Assembly: GCA_035544575.1 (NCBI GenBank)
Contig: DATKEC010000115.1
Coordinates: 22,835 to 86,834, forward strand
DNA from: Acidimicrobiia bacterium
Lineage (GTDB): Bacteria; Actinomycetota; Acidimicrobiia; Spongiisociales; ZC4RG35
Direction: 5' to 3'
Length of the DNA: 64,000 bases
The notes under the pieces are model-generated. The model ran no database searches and was not told where the DNA came from. It saw nothing but the letters and a program-made list of their open reading frames with translations. The translations under genes were made by a program, and so were the position numbers. Within the stretch, counting starts at the first letter, position 1; every line of letters starts with the position of its first letter. Shown here in pieces: positions 8,080 through 19,566 of this stretch.

Positions 8080-9975
8080 ATGTCGTCGATGTCAACACGC
8101 GCCCGCGTCGCCCTGCTCACCGTCACCGCCCTGATCTTCGTGGTCCTGGCGTTGTTCGGCGCCGTGCGCCTGCTCCGCACCGGTGAGATCCTCGGGTCTG
8201 TGAGCGTGGCCGGACATGGTGTCGCCCTCGGTGGTCTGACGCCTGAGGAGGCCGACGAGGCTCTGGCCGTGTTGGAACAGGAATTGTCGATCGATCCTGT
8301 CGTCGTCGACATCGCCGGTGCGGAGGCGACAGTCCTTCCCCAACAACTCGGCTTCGCGCTGGACCGGCCCGCAATGGTCGAAGAAGCGATGCGGCGCGGT
8401 CGAGAGGGGGGCGTATCGGACCAGTTCCGATGGTGGCTTTCTCACCTGTTCGCCACCGACGAACTCGAGCCCAGCGGCTCGGTCGATGAAGCGTCGGTGG
8501 AGGCCGTCCTGACGTTCTGGGACGTCGATGTGGTGGGGAATCCGCCGGTGCCCGGTGGTGTCGTGATCGAGGGTACGACCCCTGTCGCCGTGTATCCCGA
8601 GACCGGACTCCAGGTGGATCGAAGTTCGGCCTCGGACCGCCTGCTGGCCGGAGCCCTCGGACCGCGGCCCGCGACCGTCACTCTCGACACGGCGCTCGCC
8701 AACTCGCGGGTCACACGCGCCGACGTCGATGCAGCCGTCGCCCGGGCTCAACTGTGGCTGTCCTCGCCGGTGCGGCTGTCCGCAGACGATGTGACGATCG
8801 AGTTCTCGGTTTCGGACATGGCGGCGGCGTTCACTTCGACGGTGGTCGAGGGCGTCGTCGAACTCGGGTTCGATCCGGTAGTGATCGCCGGCCTTCTCGA
8901 TGCCCGTCGCAGCGAGCTGGAAGCCCCGCCGGTCGACGCCCGGCTCGAAGTGGACGGGTACCAGGTCATCGTGGTGCCGGGCCGAAACGGAACACTCATC
9001 GACCCGGAGGCGACCGCCGAGGCGCTGGCCGCAGCCGCGTCGTCGGTTCGCCGCCAGGGCGAGCTCCCGTTCGTCGAGGGTGCCGAACCCGAAGTCACGA
9101 CGGCTGAACTCGAGGCGCTCGGAATCGAACACCTCCTTGCCGAGTTCACGACCTATCACCCGTGTTGTCAGAACCGCGTCACAAACATCCATCTGATGGC
9201 CGACATCGTGAACGGGGCAATCGTGGCCCCCGGGGCCATTTTCGGAGTCAACGCCTACGTCGGCCAGCGCACCACTGAGCGCGGCTTCCTGGAGGACGGA
9301 ACCATCATCCAGGGCGAGTTGGTCGAAACGGTCGGCGGCGGCGTGTCCCAATTCGCGACGACGATGTACAACGCTGTGTTCTGGAGCGGTCTCGAGGATG
9401 TGAGCCACCGCCCTCACAGCTTCTACTTCAGCCGCTACCCGGAGGGCATCGAGGCCACCATCTCGTGGCAGCAGCCGGAGCTCGAGTTCCGCAACGACAC
9501 CGATCACGCCATCTGGATTCGGACGGCCTACACAGACACCTCGATCACGGTTCGCATCTACGGATCGAACGACGGTCGCATCCTCGTCGGCGACCATGCC
9601 GGCGGCACGACCAATCTCGGGGTGGTGGCCGAGGGCGGGCCCAACGCCCGCCGCGTGCGCGGATCGATCGGTGACCGCTTCAACCCGACCGAACCGACCA
9701 CCGAACACAGGCCCAACCCCGAACTCGAGGTCGAGGAGACCAACCAGCTGCAGTCACCGGCGCCTGGGTGGACGGTGGTCGTGACCAGGGTGATCGAACA
9801 GAACGGCGCCGAGCGTATGGAGACCTGGACGGTTCGTTACCTGGCGAGACGCGAGATCCTCGAGGTCCACCCCTGCAAGATGCCGGGCGCCACCGTGGAG
9901 TGCCCTGAACCAACGACGACGACGCTGCCTCCTGAAACCACCACCACCCCACCACCCCCCGAAGACCAAGGCTGA
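8080..9975 (+). CDS. VanW-family protein with a Thr/Pro-rich C-terminal tail
   Basis: N-terminal TM helix (ALLTVTALIFVVLALFGAV) and the VanW core (..YHPCCQNRVTNIHLMADIVNGAIVAPGAIFGVNAYVG..); ATG at 8080 was chosen over the in-track start at 7996. Confidence 0.8.
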   Translation: MSSMSTRARVALLTVTALIFVVLALFGAVRLLRTGEILGSVSVAGHGVALGGLTPEEADEALAVLEQELSIDPVVVDIAGAEATVLPQQLGFALDRPAMVEEAMRRGREGGVSDQFRWWLSHLFATDELEPSGSVDEASVEAVLTFWDVDVVGNPPVPGGVVIEGTTPVAVYPETGLQVDRSSASDRLLAGALGPRPATVTLDTALANSRVTRADVDAAVARAQLWLSSPVRLSADDVTIEFSVSDMAAAFTSTVVEGVVELGFDPVVIAGLLDARRSELEAPPVDARLEVDGYQVIVVPGRNGTLIDPEATAEALAAAASSVRRQGELPFVEGAEPEVTTAELEALGIEHLLAEFTTYHPCCQNRVTNIHLMADIVNGAIVAPGAIFGVNAYVGQRTTERGFLEDGTIIQGELVETVGGGVSQFATTMYNAVFWSGLEDVSHRPHSFYFSRYPEGIEATISWQQPELEFRNDTDHAIWIRTAYTDTSITVRIYGSNDGRILVGDHAGGTTNLGVVAEGGPNARRVRGSIGDRFNPTEPTTEHRPNPELEVEETNQLQSPAPGWTVVVTRVIEQNGAERMETWTVRYLARREILEVHPCKMPGATVECPEPTTTTLPPETTTTPPPPEDQG

Positions 9976-10000
9976 CCGCCGCAAATCGAAACCCTGGGTT

Positions 10001-10026
10001 CGCCACCACCTCTGTGGCGGGTTTCT
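10001..10026 (+). terminator. Candidate intrinsic terminator after the VanW gene
   Basis: CGCCAC-cacctct-GTGGCG hairpin followed by GGTTTCT, 26 nt after the VanW stop and between convergent genes; preceded by aaccctgggttc, a remnant of the dispersed repeat tail. Confidence 0.3.
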
Positions 10027-10066
10027 CGCACCGGTTCGGGACGCGGCGAGGCGCGAAGCGGCTACC

Positions 10067-10381
10067 TCACTCCGTGCCGTTGGAATCGGGATAGAACCGG
10101 AAGAAGTCGGCCACGACGCGCTCGGCGACCGAGGCCTTCTCCGCATCCCACCCGGCGAAGCGTCGCACGGCCACCTGATTCGACATCACGAACACGTGGT
10201 CGATGCCGGGATCGTCTTCGAACAAACGCACCGCGAGGCGCCCGGGGAACGTCACCGACCGACGAGCTGCCTCGACCCCGCCATACGCCTCGCCATCCTG
10301 TCCGGCGAGCGTGCGGTCCGTGTCGATCATCAAGATCTTGTCGATGACGGTCGTGTTGTTGATCTCGATCGTCTGTCCCAC
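10067..10381 (-). CDS. Hypothetical small protein
   Basis: 104-aa ORF with coding-like composition between vanW and pyk; no motif recognised. Confidence 0.3.
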   Translation of the reverse strand: MGQTIEINNTTVIDKILMIDTDRTLAGQDGEAYGGVEAARRSVTFPGRLAVRLFEDDPGIDHVFVMSNQVAVRRFAGWDAEKASVAERVVADFFRFYPDSNGTE

Positions 10382-10459
10382 GTGTGATCTCCGTTCGGGT
10401 CGCCGGGATCCTACCCACCCGGTGTCGATGCTCCCGTCGCCGTCCCACTCGTGCCCCGT

Positions 10460-11939
10460 TCAGCGAGAAAAGCCACCAACTTCGGGACTGTCTCGCCCTG
10501 ACTTCTGTGACAACGCTCCCCGATCGCGCTCACCGATGACGTGGATCTTCATCAGGTTCGTCGTCGCCTGAAGGTTCGGCGGTATCCCGGCGACCATCAC
10601 CACCGAGGTCCCCCGATCGCAGATCCCTTCCTTTTCGAGGAATTTCTCCGCGGCAGCAATCATCACGTCGGTGTAATCGCGCCGGCCGAACGGATACGGC
10701 TGCACACCGCGGTACAACGCCATCCGCGCCAGCGTGGAGTCGATGGGGGTGAACCCAACGATCCTGCCCGCTGGGCGGTACTTCGAGAGCAGGCGCGCGG
10801 TGTTTCCCGACTCGGTGAAAGCAACAATCGTCTCGATGCCGAGATCGGCCGCGGCCTGCACCGCCGACCGCGCCACCGCAGAGGCGATCGAACCCCCGAA
10901 GAAATCGACCTCGATGTTCTCGACCTTGTCCACGTCGAGCCCGCGCTCGACCTCTGCACAGATTCTTCCCATCGTCTGCACCGACTCGACAGGGAAATCC
11001 CCCACTGCGGTCTCCGCGCTCAACATCACCGCGTCGGTGCCGTTGAGGACCGCGGTGGCGACGTCGGTGACCTCGGCGCGTGTCGGGCGAGGCGACTTCG
11101 TCATGGACTCCAGCATCTCCGTGGCGGTGATCGAGACGAGACCAGCCGCATTCGTCCGTGCGATGATGTCGGCCTGCACCAGTGGGATGCGTTCCAGCGG
11201 CAACTGCACCCCGAGATCGCCCCGCGCGACCATAGCCCCCGCCGCTTCGGTGAGAATGTCGTCGAGGTTCTGATACGCCAGGGCGAGTTCGATCTTGGCG
11301 ATCACCGGTGCGCCGCCCGCCAGGTCCCGAATCTCCCTGATGTCAGCGCCGGTTCTCACGAAGGATGCCGCCACATAATCCACACCGAGGAGCCGCCCGT
11401 ACTCGAGGTCGGCCCGATCCTTCTCGGTGATCGCGGGAACACGAAGGTTGGTGTCGGGGAACGCCAGACCCTTACCGTCTCCGAGCAGCCCCCCTTGCAC
11501 GACGTGGGCGACGACGTGATCTGATTCGATCGACTCGGCCACCACGTGAATGAGCCCGTCGGCCAACAGGACACGCTCACCCGGTTTGACGTCCTCGAGG
11601 AGGTGCTCGTAGTCGAGGAAGATCTGCGTCGGGTCTTCGGAGAAGTGGCGTCCCGGGACGAGGTGGATCGTCGACCCGGTTGCCAGCGCCACCCGGCCTT
11701 CCGGAAACGATCCGACCCGCAACTTGGGGCCCTGGATGTCCTGGAGGAGTGCGACAACCCGACCCTCGGTTCGCGACGCCTCCCTCACCCAATCGGCCAG
11801 CCGGGAGTGGAACTCGTGATCGCCGTGGGAGAAGTTGAGTCTGGCAACGTCCATGCCGGCGACCACGAGCGCCCGGACCGAATCGGGGTTGGCGACCGCC
11901 GGGCCGAGCGTCGCGACGATCTTGGTGAGACGTTCCATC
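10460..11939 (-). CDS. pyk: Pyruvate kinase
   Basis: MERLTKIVATLGPA..ARLNFSHGDHE.. and C-terminal regulatory domain; start set at the ATG giving MERLTKIV. Confidence 0.9.
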
Positions 11940-11975
11940 AGTTCCCCGCACGCTAGCCAAACTGCGTAAGCGCTT

Positions 11976-12599
11976 TCAGACCCGATCGACGATGACGTCG
12001 GCTTCCGCGAGACGATCCGAAGCAAACACGCCCCTGTCGAGCGCGATCACTCGACAACCGGCTCGACGAGCGGCCGCGATCCCGGGCGGACTGTCCTCGA
12101 TCACCACGCATCGGTCCGGAGGCACTCCGGCCAGGCCCGCCGCGGCGAGGTACAGATCGGGCGCCGGTTTGGGTCTCGCCACCTCGTCGGCGGTCACCGA
12201 CACGCTCAGCAGATGGCCCATGCCCACCGCCCTCAACAACACGTCGAGCCTCCAGCGCAGTCCGTTCGTGGCCACGGCGATGGGGACCTGTGATCGCTCC
12301 AAACGCTCGACGAGTTCTATGGAGTCGGGAAATGCTGACACCCGCGAGGCGATGCGCTCGAACGCGAACTGGGCTTCGAGTTCCAATGCCACCGGGTCCA
12401 GACCCAGGATCGGAGCGTATCGCTCGGCCACCATGGTCTCGGTTCCGCCGATCGACTCGGCGAAGTCGGACTCCTCCAGGGCGTGTCCGTGGCCGGCCAA
12501 TGTCTCAGCCCATGCCGAGTAGGAGACCGGCTCGGAGTCCACCAGGACACCATCGCAGTCGAACAGGACGGCGTCGGCCTCCAGCCCGTGGAGCTTCAT
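11976..12599 (-). CDS. HAD-IA family hydrolase (beta-phosphoglucomutase-like)
   Basis: DxDGVLVDSEP motif I, KPAPD, and a C-terminal GIAAARRAG..D motif; its 4-nt overlap with the gatB stop region suggests co-transcription. Confidence 0.75.
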   Translation of the reverse strand: MKLHGLEADAVLFDCDGVLVDSEPVSYSAWAETLAGHGHALEESDFAESIGGTETMVAERYAPILGLDPVALELEAQFAFERIASRVSAFPDSIELVERLERSQVPIAVATNGLRWRLDVLLRAVGMGHLLSVSVTADEVARPKPAPDLYLAAAGLAGVPPDRCVVIEDSPPGIAAARRAGCRVIALDRGVFASDRLAEADVIVDRV

Positions 12600-14049
12600 C
12601 CCAGTTTGGCGACGAGCAACTCGTTGACAGCCCGAGGATCGGCCTTGCCCTGGGTGGACCGCATCACCTGACCGACGAGGAACCCGACCACTTTCGACTC
12701 GCCATTGCGATATCGCTCGATGGCGTCTGGGTTGGCAGCCAAGACTTCGTCCACGGCTCGTTCGACCTCCGACGTGTCGGTCATCTGGATCAGATCGCGA
12801 GCCGCTGCCACCTGGCGGGGATCGCCCTCGCCACGCATGACACCGTCCAGGACGTCCTTGGCCGCCGACGCCGAGACCGTGCCGTCGTCGACCATCCCGA
12901 CCAATCCGGCGAGTTGGGCACCCGTGATCGTCAGAGGTGACCCCTGTTTGCGCAGCCAGCCCGTCACCTCACCGGTCACCCAGTTGCCCGCGACCCGGGC
13001 GTCAGCGCCAGCCGCCAGGGCGTCGTCGAAGAGCTGCCGGAGGTCAGGTGCAGCGTCTGCCAGCGCCTGGGCGACGTGATCGTCGACACCCTGGGCGAGG
13101 TAGCGAGCGCGGCGTGTGGCGGGAAGTTCCGGCAGTTGGGCGGCTATCTCCGACCTCCACGCCTCATCGATCACGATCGGGGTGAGGTCCGGTTCGGTGA
13201 AGTACCGATAGTCCGAGCTCCCCTCCTTCGTGCGCATCCCCTGGGTGATTCCGGCCTCCTCGTCCCAGTGGCGGGTCTCCTGGACGAGCGTCCCACCGCC
13301 TTCGAGCTCGTCTACCTGGCGCCGGATCTCGTGGGTCACGGCCCGCTCCAGGGAGCGGAACGAGTTCATGTTCTTGATCTCCACCTTGGTGCCGAGTTCG
13401 CTGCTCCCGCTCGGGCGCACGGACACGTTCGCGTCGAACCGGATCGATCCTTCCTCCAATCGCGCGTCGGAGACGCCCAACTCGGCCACGACGGCTCTGA
13501 GTTGCTGGGCGTAGGCCTTGGCCTGGGCCGGAGTCCGGATGTCGGGACGCGAAACGATCTCCACCAGGGGCACTCCCGACCGGTTGAAGTCGAGAAGGGT
13601 CTCGGTGGCGGAGTGAATTCGACCCCCCTCGCCGACATGAAGCGACTTGCCGGTGTCTTCCTCCTGGTGGGCCCGTTCGATCCCGACACGCACGGTCTCG
13701 GTGTCGATGTCGACGTCGAGCCAGCCGTCATGGCACACGGGAATGTCGAACTGGCTTATCTGGTAATTCTTGGGCAGATCGGCATAGAAGTAGTTCTTGC
13801 GGTGGAAGACAGACTCAGGACTGATCGTGCAGTTGAGGGCGAGCCCGATCAGTGCGATCCACTCGATCGCCTGCTGGTTGGGGACCGGCATCGCACCCGG
13901 CAAGCCGAGGCAGGTCGGGCAGACGTCGACATTGGGTTCGCCCCCGAACCCGACGCGACATCCGCAGAACATCTTCGACTCCGTTCGCAACTCGACATGG
14001 ACTTCGATTCCCATGACCGCTTCCCATCCCGATGGTGGCTGCCACGTCA
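12596..14049 (-). CDS. gatB: Asp-tRNA(Asn)/Glu-tRNA(Gln) amidotransferase subunit B
   Basis: ..WEAVMGIEVHVELRTESKMFCGC.. N-terminus with a GatB/YqeY C-terminal domain; the GTG start overlaps the gatA stop (GTGA). Confidence 0.9.
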
Positions 14050-15513
14050 CGCTGGAACCTCGACCATGCGAGGACGGGCGCTGAAGCCGGCCTGGCGCTC
14101 TACTTCGGCTGCCACCCGGAACATCGTCGGCTCCGCCAGGGCCGGCGCCATCACCTGCAGACCGATCGGGAGGCCTCCGCTGTCGAGTCCCACCGGGACG
14201 GTCATCGCCGGGTGACCCGCCAGATTGGACGGGATGTTGCACACGTCGGACAAGTACATGGCCAGAGGATCCGAGGTCTTGGCGTCGAGTTCGAAGGCAA
14301 CCGTCGGGCTGGTGGGCGAGACGAGCACCTCCACCCTCTCATAGGCGCGGGCGAACTCTTGCTTGACCACAGTCCGCACCTTCTGCGCCTGACCGTAGAA
14401 GGCGTCGTAGTACCCCGCAGAGAGGGCGTACGTCCCCAACAGGATGCGGCGGGTGACCTCGGGCCCGAAACCTTCCGCCCGCGTCCTCGCCATCATTTCT
14501 TCGGCTGTGGCCCCAGGAACACGCAGTCCATATCGAATCCCATCGAAGCGGGCGAGGTTGGCCGACGCCTCGGCGGGGGCGATCAGGTAATACGTCGACA
14601 GCGCCAGATCACAGGTCGGTATCGACACTTCGACGACCTCGGCGCCGGCATCGGACAGTCGATCCAGCATGGCCCGGTTGGCGGAGATCACCTCGGGCTC
14701 GTAGCCATCCCCATCGAGTTCCCTCACCACCCCGATCCGCAGCCCGGCCACGCCCCGATCGAGTTCGGAGAAGACGGCGGGATAATCGCCACGCCATGAC
14801 GTGGCGTCGAGCGGATCGTGGCCGGCGATCGCATCGAGGACGGTCGCCGCATCCGCCACGGTTCGTGTGAACGGTCCGATCTGGTCGAGCGATGACCCGA
14901 ACGCGATCAGCCCGTACCGCGAGACCAGCCCATAGGTGGGCTTGACGCCGACAACTCCGCACAGCGCCGCCGGTTGGCGGATCGATCCGCCCGTGTCCGA
15001 GCCGAGCGCCGCCAATGCCGAGCCTGCTGCCACCGCGGCAGCCGAGCCACCCGAGGATCCACCCGGAACCCGCGCCGGCTCCCAGGGGTTTCTGGTCGGT
15101 CCATACGCCGAGTTCTCGGTCGACGAACCCATCGCGAACTCGTCGAGGTTGGTCTTTCCCGTGATCACCGCACCGCCAGACTTGAGACGACTCACGACGG
15201 TGGCGTCGTATGGCGGGTGATATCCGGCGAGGATCTGCGACGAGCAGGTTGTCTCCACACCGCGGGTGCAGAGGTTGTCCTTGAGGGCGATCGGAATGCC
15301 GTCGAGCGGTCCGAGCGGTGCGCCTGCCCGGAACCGCTGGTCGGCCTGGGAGGCGGCTGTACGGGCGCGGTCGGCGTCCAGCGTGAGGTAGGCGTGAAGT
15401 TCGGCTTCGGTGCGCGAGGCGCGTTCGAGCACGTCTTCGAGCAGTTCGCTGGCAGTGAGCGTCCCGGCACGGAGTTCGGCAGCCGCGGACGCGATGGTGA
15501 GATCGGCGTGACT
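14047..15513 (-). CDS. gatA: Glutamyl-tRNA(Gln) amidotransferase subunit A (amidase signature)
   Basis: Amidase signature [14 protein letters not shown]; the GTG start lies 7 nt after the gatC stop. Confidence 0.9.
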   Translation of the reverse strand, partial: SHADLTIASAAAELRAGTLTASELLEDVLERASRTEAELHAYLTLDADRARTAASQADQRFRAGAPLGPLDGIPIALKDNLCTRGVETTCSSQILAGYHPPYDATVVSRLKSGGAVITGKTNLDEFAMGSSTENSAYGPTRNPWEPARVPGGSSGGSAAAVAAGSALAALGSDTGGSIRQPAALCGVVGVKPTYGLVSRYGLIAFGSSLDQIGPFTRTVADAATVLDAIAGHDPLDATSWRGDYPAVFSELDRGVAGLRIGVVRELDGDGYEPEVISANRAMLDRLSDAGAEVVEVSIPTCDLALSTYYLIAPAEASANLARFDGIRYGLRVPGATAEEMMARTRAEGFGPEVTRRILLGTYALSAGYYDAFYGQAQKVRTVVKQEFARAYERVEVLVSPTSPTVAFELDAKTSDPLAMYLSDVCNIPSNLAGHPAMTVPVGLDSGGLPIGLQVMAPALAEPTMFRVAAEVERQAGFSARPRMVEVPA

Positions 15514-15520
15514 CACAGCT

Positions 15521-15811
15521 TCAGTCCTGGTCGAGCGCAGGTGGCACAACGAAGTAGCCGTCGCGCGCCGACGGTGCCTGGGACAGCACCTCGTCCCGAT
15601 CGAGCGATGGCCGTACCTCGTCGGGGCGGAACGTGTTTGTCATACCGAGCGGATGGGCGGTGGGCTGGACACCGACGGTGTCGAGTGCCTGCACTCGGGC
15701 CGCGTGCTCGAGGATGACTCCCAACTGGCTGCGATAGGTCTCGAGGTCGGTCGGTGAGAGATCGAGGCGTGCAAGGCGCGCCACGTGAGCGATGTCGATG
15801 TCGATCGGCAT
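15521..15811 (-). CDS. gatC: Glutamyl-tRNA(Gln) amidotransferase subunit C
   Basis: [24 protein letters not shown].., about 97 aa, upstream of gatA. Confidence 0.85.
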   Translation of the reverse strand: MPIDIDIAHVARLARLDLSPTDLETYRSQLGVILEHAARVQALDTVGVQPTAHPLGMTNTFRPDEVRPSLDRDEVLSQAPSARDGYFVVPPALDQD

Positions 15812-15876
15812 GGGTCGGCAGTGTAGGGAGCGACCGGACCGCGAGATCCGGCGTATATCGTCCACCGGTGCGCTGG

Positions 15877-16158
15877 ATGCTCGGAGTCACGACCCTCATC
15901 TTGCTGGCGGGCGCCGGATTCGCGTGGAACGGCGGAGACTCCGGGATCGCCGGCCTCCTGGCTCGTGTCGGTGCCGTGTTCGCCGCGAGCTGGATCGCTC
16001 ATCCGGCGCTCGTGAGATTGGACCGCAGAACGATCTGGCTGCTGGTGGTGGGAGGTCTCGTGGTGTTGGTGCGCCCGCGGGCAGCCTTCGTCGTTCTTCC
16101 CGTCATCGCGATCTTCGCCCGAACTGCGCAAGTCCGGGAGGACCCGGCCGACAGGTAG
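15877..16158 (+). CDS. Small hypothetical membrane protein
   Basis: MLGVTTLILLAGAGFAW..two predicted TM helices, divergent from gatC; the in-track ORF starts earlier at 15754 inside gatC. Confidence 0.4.
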   Translation: MLGVTTLILLAGAGFAWNGGDSGIAGLLARVGAVFAASWIAHPALVRLDRRTIWLLVVGGLVVLVRPRAAFVVLPVIAIFARTAQVREDPADR

Positions 16159-16161
16159 GCC

Positions 16162-16383
16162 ATGCCGCCTACGTCTCCGGAACACAATCACTACCGCACG
16201 CTCGGCCTCCGTGTCGGCGCCCCGATCTGGGACGTGGAGGAGGCTGCCGCCCGCCTGATCATCCAGGCCGCGTCAGTCCGGGATTATTTCCGGGTCGACC
16301 AGCTGGAAGAGGCTCGCCACTGGTTGACGACGCCGGCTCTCCGGGCGTTCCACGACGAGAAGCTCGACGAAGCCATTCATTGA
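16162..16383 (+). CDS. Small hypothetical protein
   Basis: 73-aa ORF starting 4 nt after the previous stop; weak resemblance to a J-domain fragment (HYRTLGL..VEEAAARLI) only. Confidence 0.25.
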   Translation: MPPTSPEHNHYRTLGLRVGAPIWDVEEAAARLIIQAASVRDYFRVDQLEEARHWLTTPALRAFHDEKLDEAIH

Positions 16384-17429
16384 ACCGGGTCCTCGGTCAA
16401 GGCTCGCCGCAGCGCCGTGAACGTCTCCTCGATCTGCGACATCGCCACGTACTCGTCCCGCTGATGCGCTTCGGAGGCCTGTCCGGGACCGAAGTTGACG
16501 GCCGGGATGCCGTACTCGCCGAGACGGGCCACATCGGTCCAGCCCTGCTTTGCCGCCAGTTCGGCGCCGGCTGCCGCAGCAAGTCGACCAACGAAGGGGT
16601 GTGACACCGAGACGGGACCGGCTGGTGCCACATCGACGATGTCGACCGAGTCGGCCCCAGTGGCCGCCTGGTGAACGACTGCGATGGCGTCGTCCACGCT
16701 GCGGTCGGGACTGAACCGGTAGTTGAGGTTCAACTCGAAGCGGTCCGGTATGACATTGCGAGCGATACCGCCGGCCGCCATCGTCACCGACATCACTTCG
16801 CGGTATTCGAGACCGTCGATGAAATGGGGTTCCGGCTCGCGGAGGTGCATCTCAGCCAGCCACTCGCCTGCCTTGGTGACAGCGTTCTCTCCCCACCACG
16901 GGCGAGCGGAGTGAGAACTCCTTCCCGAGAACGTCACGGCGGCGTTGATCGAACCGTTGCACCCGACCTGGATCTGGCCGTCGGATGGCTCGAGCACCAC
17001 GGCGAATTCCGCATCGGTCAGCCACCCCGTTCCGTCGAGCAACGGCCCGAGTCCGTTGCCGTCTGCAGGTCCCTCTTCGCCGTCGTAGAAGATGCCGACC
17101 ACCGAGTACGGACCGGCGACCACGTCGCGGTCTTCCAGAAGGTGGATGATGACGGCGAGGCCGCCCTTCATGTCTGCTGCCCCGAGTCCGTGCAGCTTGC
17201 CGTCGACGATCGTGGCCGGTCCCTGTCCTTGGTAGGGGACAGTGTCGAGATGGCCGACGAGGAGGATCATCGGTCCACCGGTGGGCCGTCCGACGACCAA
17301 TGACCGTCCGATCCGATGCTCGTCCATGCCTTCGAGGCGCCCAGCGACGGCCTCGACGATCGCGGTCTCATCACCGGTGACCGACGGTATGTCTACCAGC
17401 CAGGCGGCCGTCTCCACCAACGAGGTCAC
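16377..17429 (-). CDS. dapE: Succinyl-diaminopimelate desuccinylase (M20 peptidase)
   Basis: M20 motifs ..LLVGHLDTVP.., ..DMKGGLA.. and ..FGPG..AHQRDEYV..; a 4-nt overlap with dapD links the genes. Confidence 0.8.
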   Translation of the reverse strand: MTSLVETAAWLVDIPSVTGDETAIVEAVAGRLEGMDEHRIGRSLVVGRPTGGPMILLVGHLDTVPYQGQGPATIVDGKLHGLGAADMKGGLAVIIHLLEDRDVVAGPYSVVGIFYDGEEGPADGNGLGPLLDGTGWLTDAEFAVVLEPSDGQIQVGCNGSINAAVTFSGRSSHSARPWWGENAVTKAGEWLAEMHLREPEPHFIDGLEYREVMSVTMAAGGIARNVIPDRFELNLNYRFSPDRSVDDAIAVVHQAATGADSVDIVDVAPAGPVSVSHPFVGRLAAAAGAELAAKQGWTDVARLGEYGIPAVNFGPGQASEAHQRDEYVAMSQIEETFTALRRALTEDPVQ

Positions 17430-18232
17430 AGCTGAACGCCCAATTCCCGCAGGTGCTCGTTGAGCGCCAGGCGCTCGTCATGACGGTCCTCCCGCCAGCC
17501 GATGATGTACGCGCATTGCAGCTGGACCGTTCCCCCCGGAAAGGTGCGGGGACGGGTCCCCTGGACCACGATGGCGCCGGCCGGCACCTGGGCCCGATAC
17601 TCCACCGGCGTCTCGGTGGTCACATCGATGATCGGGATCGAAGCGGTGATCGTCGTGTTGGCACCGAGCACCGCCCCTTCGCCGATGATCGCTCCTTCGG
17701 TCACGATGCATCGAGACCCGATGAATGCGCCGTCCTCGACGATCACCGGAGTGGCGTTGGGAGGCTCGAGAACTCCGCCGATCCCCACCCCGCCGGCGAG
17801 ATGCACGTTCTTGCCGATCTGTGCGCACGATCCGACCGTCGCCCAGGTGTCGACCATCGTTCCCGCCCCGACATAGGCACCGATGTTGACGAACCCCGGC
17901 ATCACGATCACTCCCGGCTCGCAATGCGCGCCATATCGAATCATTCCGGGCGGAACCACCCGCACCCCCTGGCTGGCGAGGTCGTCCTTCACCGGGATCT
18001 TGTCGTGGAAGTGGAGATCGCCGGCCTCGATCCGCGTCATCTCCCCGAGACGGAAGTACAGCAGGATCGCGAGCTTCAGCCACTCGTTGACCGTCCAGGT
18101 CCCGTCGATCTTCTCGGCAACGCGAAACTCTCCCCGGTCGAGGGACTCGATCGTCCGCTCGACCGCCTCCCGGGCGTCCTCGATCCGCAGGTCGCCGGCG
18201 TACGCCAGTTCGATCGCTTCTCTATCCGACAT
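17426..18232 (-). CDS. dapD: 2,3,4,5-tetrahydropyridine-2,6-dicarboxylate N-succinyltransferase
   Basis: Hexapeptide-repeat left-handed beta-helix (..GAYVGAGTMVDTWATVGSCAQIGKNVHLAGGVGIGGVLEP..); start at MSDREAIELAYAG. Confidence 0.88.
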   Translation of the reverse strand: MSDREAIELAYAGDLRIEDAREAVERTIESLDRGEFRVAEKIDGTWTVNEWLKLAILLYFRLGEMTRIEAGDLHFHDKIPVKDDLASQGVRVVPPGMIRYGAHCEPGVIVMPGFVNIGAYVGAGTMVDTWATVGSCAQIGKNVHLAGGVGIGGVLEPPNATPVIVEDGAFIGSRCIVTEGAIIGEGAVLGANTTITASIPIIDVTTETPVEYRAQVPAGAIVVQGTRPRTFPGGTVQLQCAYIIGWREDRHDERLALNEHLRELGVQL

Positions 18233-18369
18233 CGACCACCTCACCGTCTTGCGTCCTGGAGCGTAGGTTGGCGCCGCTCCGGTCCATCGACGGAACCCCA
18301 TTTTCGAAGCAGGGTCCACCCGCGCTCCGTACGATCCCACGGGAAGGCCGAGCACCGACGAGGAGCACC

Positions 18370-19566
18370 ATGGCAGATCATCCCCTGCGAGCCTCAGTAG
18401 ACCTCCTGTTCCGGAGCGCACTCGTGATCTTCCTGGTGACGATCGTCATCGGGATCCTCAACGGTCTCGACGTGTGGGACCCGACCCGCGAACTGATCCT
18501 CACTCATGTCCACGCCGGGACGCTCGGCTGGATCACCCTGTCTGTGATCGGGGTGGCCCTCCTGATGTTCGGCGAGACCGCGGACAGCAAAGCGGTGCAG
18601 GCAGCGCGGAACATGTCGATGGGGCTCGTCGCGGCCACCGTGCTGTACGTGGTCGCCTTCGCGACGACAACCGGGATCCTCCGCCCCGTCGCAGGGACAC
18701 TGATGCTCGTTGCGATCGTCTGGGCTTTCGTCTGGACGGCCGGACGATGGAGCTCTACGCCGAGAACGGTCCCGGCTCTCGCCCTGTTCCTCGCCATGAT
18801 CTCGCTCGTGATCGGTGCCGTGCTCGGTGTGATTCTCGGTTTGTTCATCGCCCGTGGCGAGGTGCCCGGACTCGACGCCGAGACGGCAGCCAATCTCGGT
18901 GGTGCCCATCCCCCGGCGATGCTCACCGGCTATCTCCTCCTTGCCGGAATCGCGGTGGCCGAGTGGCGGCTGTCGGATCGTCAGGCGATGACCTCCGAAT
19001 CGAAGCTGGGTGCCGGTACCGCATGGATCCTGTTCGCCGCCGGAATCCTCTTCAACCTCGCGTTCATCCTCGACATCGAGGCGCTCATCCAGGTGGCGTC
19101 CCTGCTGCAGGTGATCGCGGTGATCGCGTTTGTGTCAAGAATGTGGCGTTTCCTCACGCCGGCCGCCTGGCGGGGCGCCGGTGTCTCCGTGTACGCCAAA
19201 CTCGCCGTCGTGTACCTCGTCATCGGCGTCGCTCTGTTGGTCTACGTCGTTCAACTCTTCGTGGGTGGAGAATTGAATCCGGAAACGGGCGAGGGTCCGG
19301 TCGGCGTGCTCATTGCGTTCGAGCATGCGATGTTCCTCGGCGTCATGACCAATGCTCTCTTCGCGGGCCTCGCCCTCGGGCTCGCTTACGACACAGCCCA
19401 GCGGGCGGTGGTGTGGAGTGTGAACGTCGGGTTGGCCGGGTTCCTCGTCGGGCTCGTCACCGATCAGCAGGTGCTGAAGCGCATCGCCACGCCGATCATG
19501 GGCCTCGCCTTGATCATGGCCGTCGTGGTGTTCCTGCGACCACGACGGGTGACAGCATCCGGCTGA
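18370..19566 (+). CDS. Polytopic membrane protein (about 10-12 TM) with conserved His residues, possibly NnrS-like
   Basis: ATG at 18370 preceded by GAGGAG; helices throughout; His motifs LTHVHAGTLGW and AFEHAMFLGV. Confidence 0.55.
   Translation: MADHPLRASVDLLFRSALVIFLVTIVIGILNGLDVWDPTRELILTHVHAGTLGWITLSVIGVALLMFGETADSKAVQAARNMSMGLVAATVLYVVAFATTTGILRPVAGTLMLVAIVWAFVWTAGRWSSTPRTVPALALFLAMISLVIGAVLGVILGLFIARGEVPGLDAETAANLGGAHPPAMLTGYLLLAGIAVAEWRLSDRQAMTSESKLGAGTAWILFAAGILFNLAFILDIEALIQVASLLQVIAVIAFVSRMWRFLTPAAWRGAGVSVYAKLAVVYLVIGVALLVYVVQLFVGGELNPETGEGPVGVLIAFEHAMFLGVMTNALFAGLALGLAYDTAQRAVVWSVNVGLAGFLVGLVTDQQVLKRIATPIMGLALIMAVVVFLRPRRVTASG

Noticed and set aside
16162-16383. J-domain (DnaJ-like) co-chaperone
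   Set aside because: Only a short HYRTLGL...VEEAAARLI resemblance and no HPD motif. Kept as a low-confidence hypothetical ORF.
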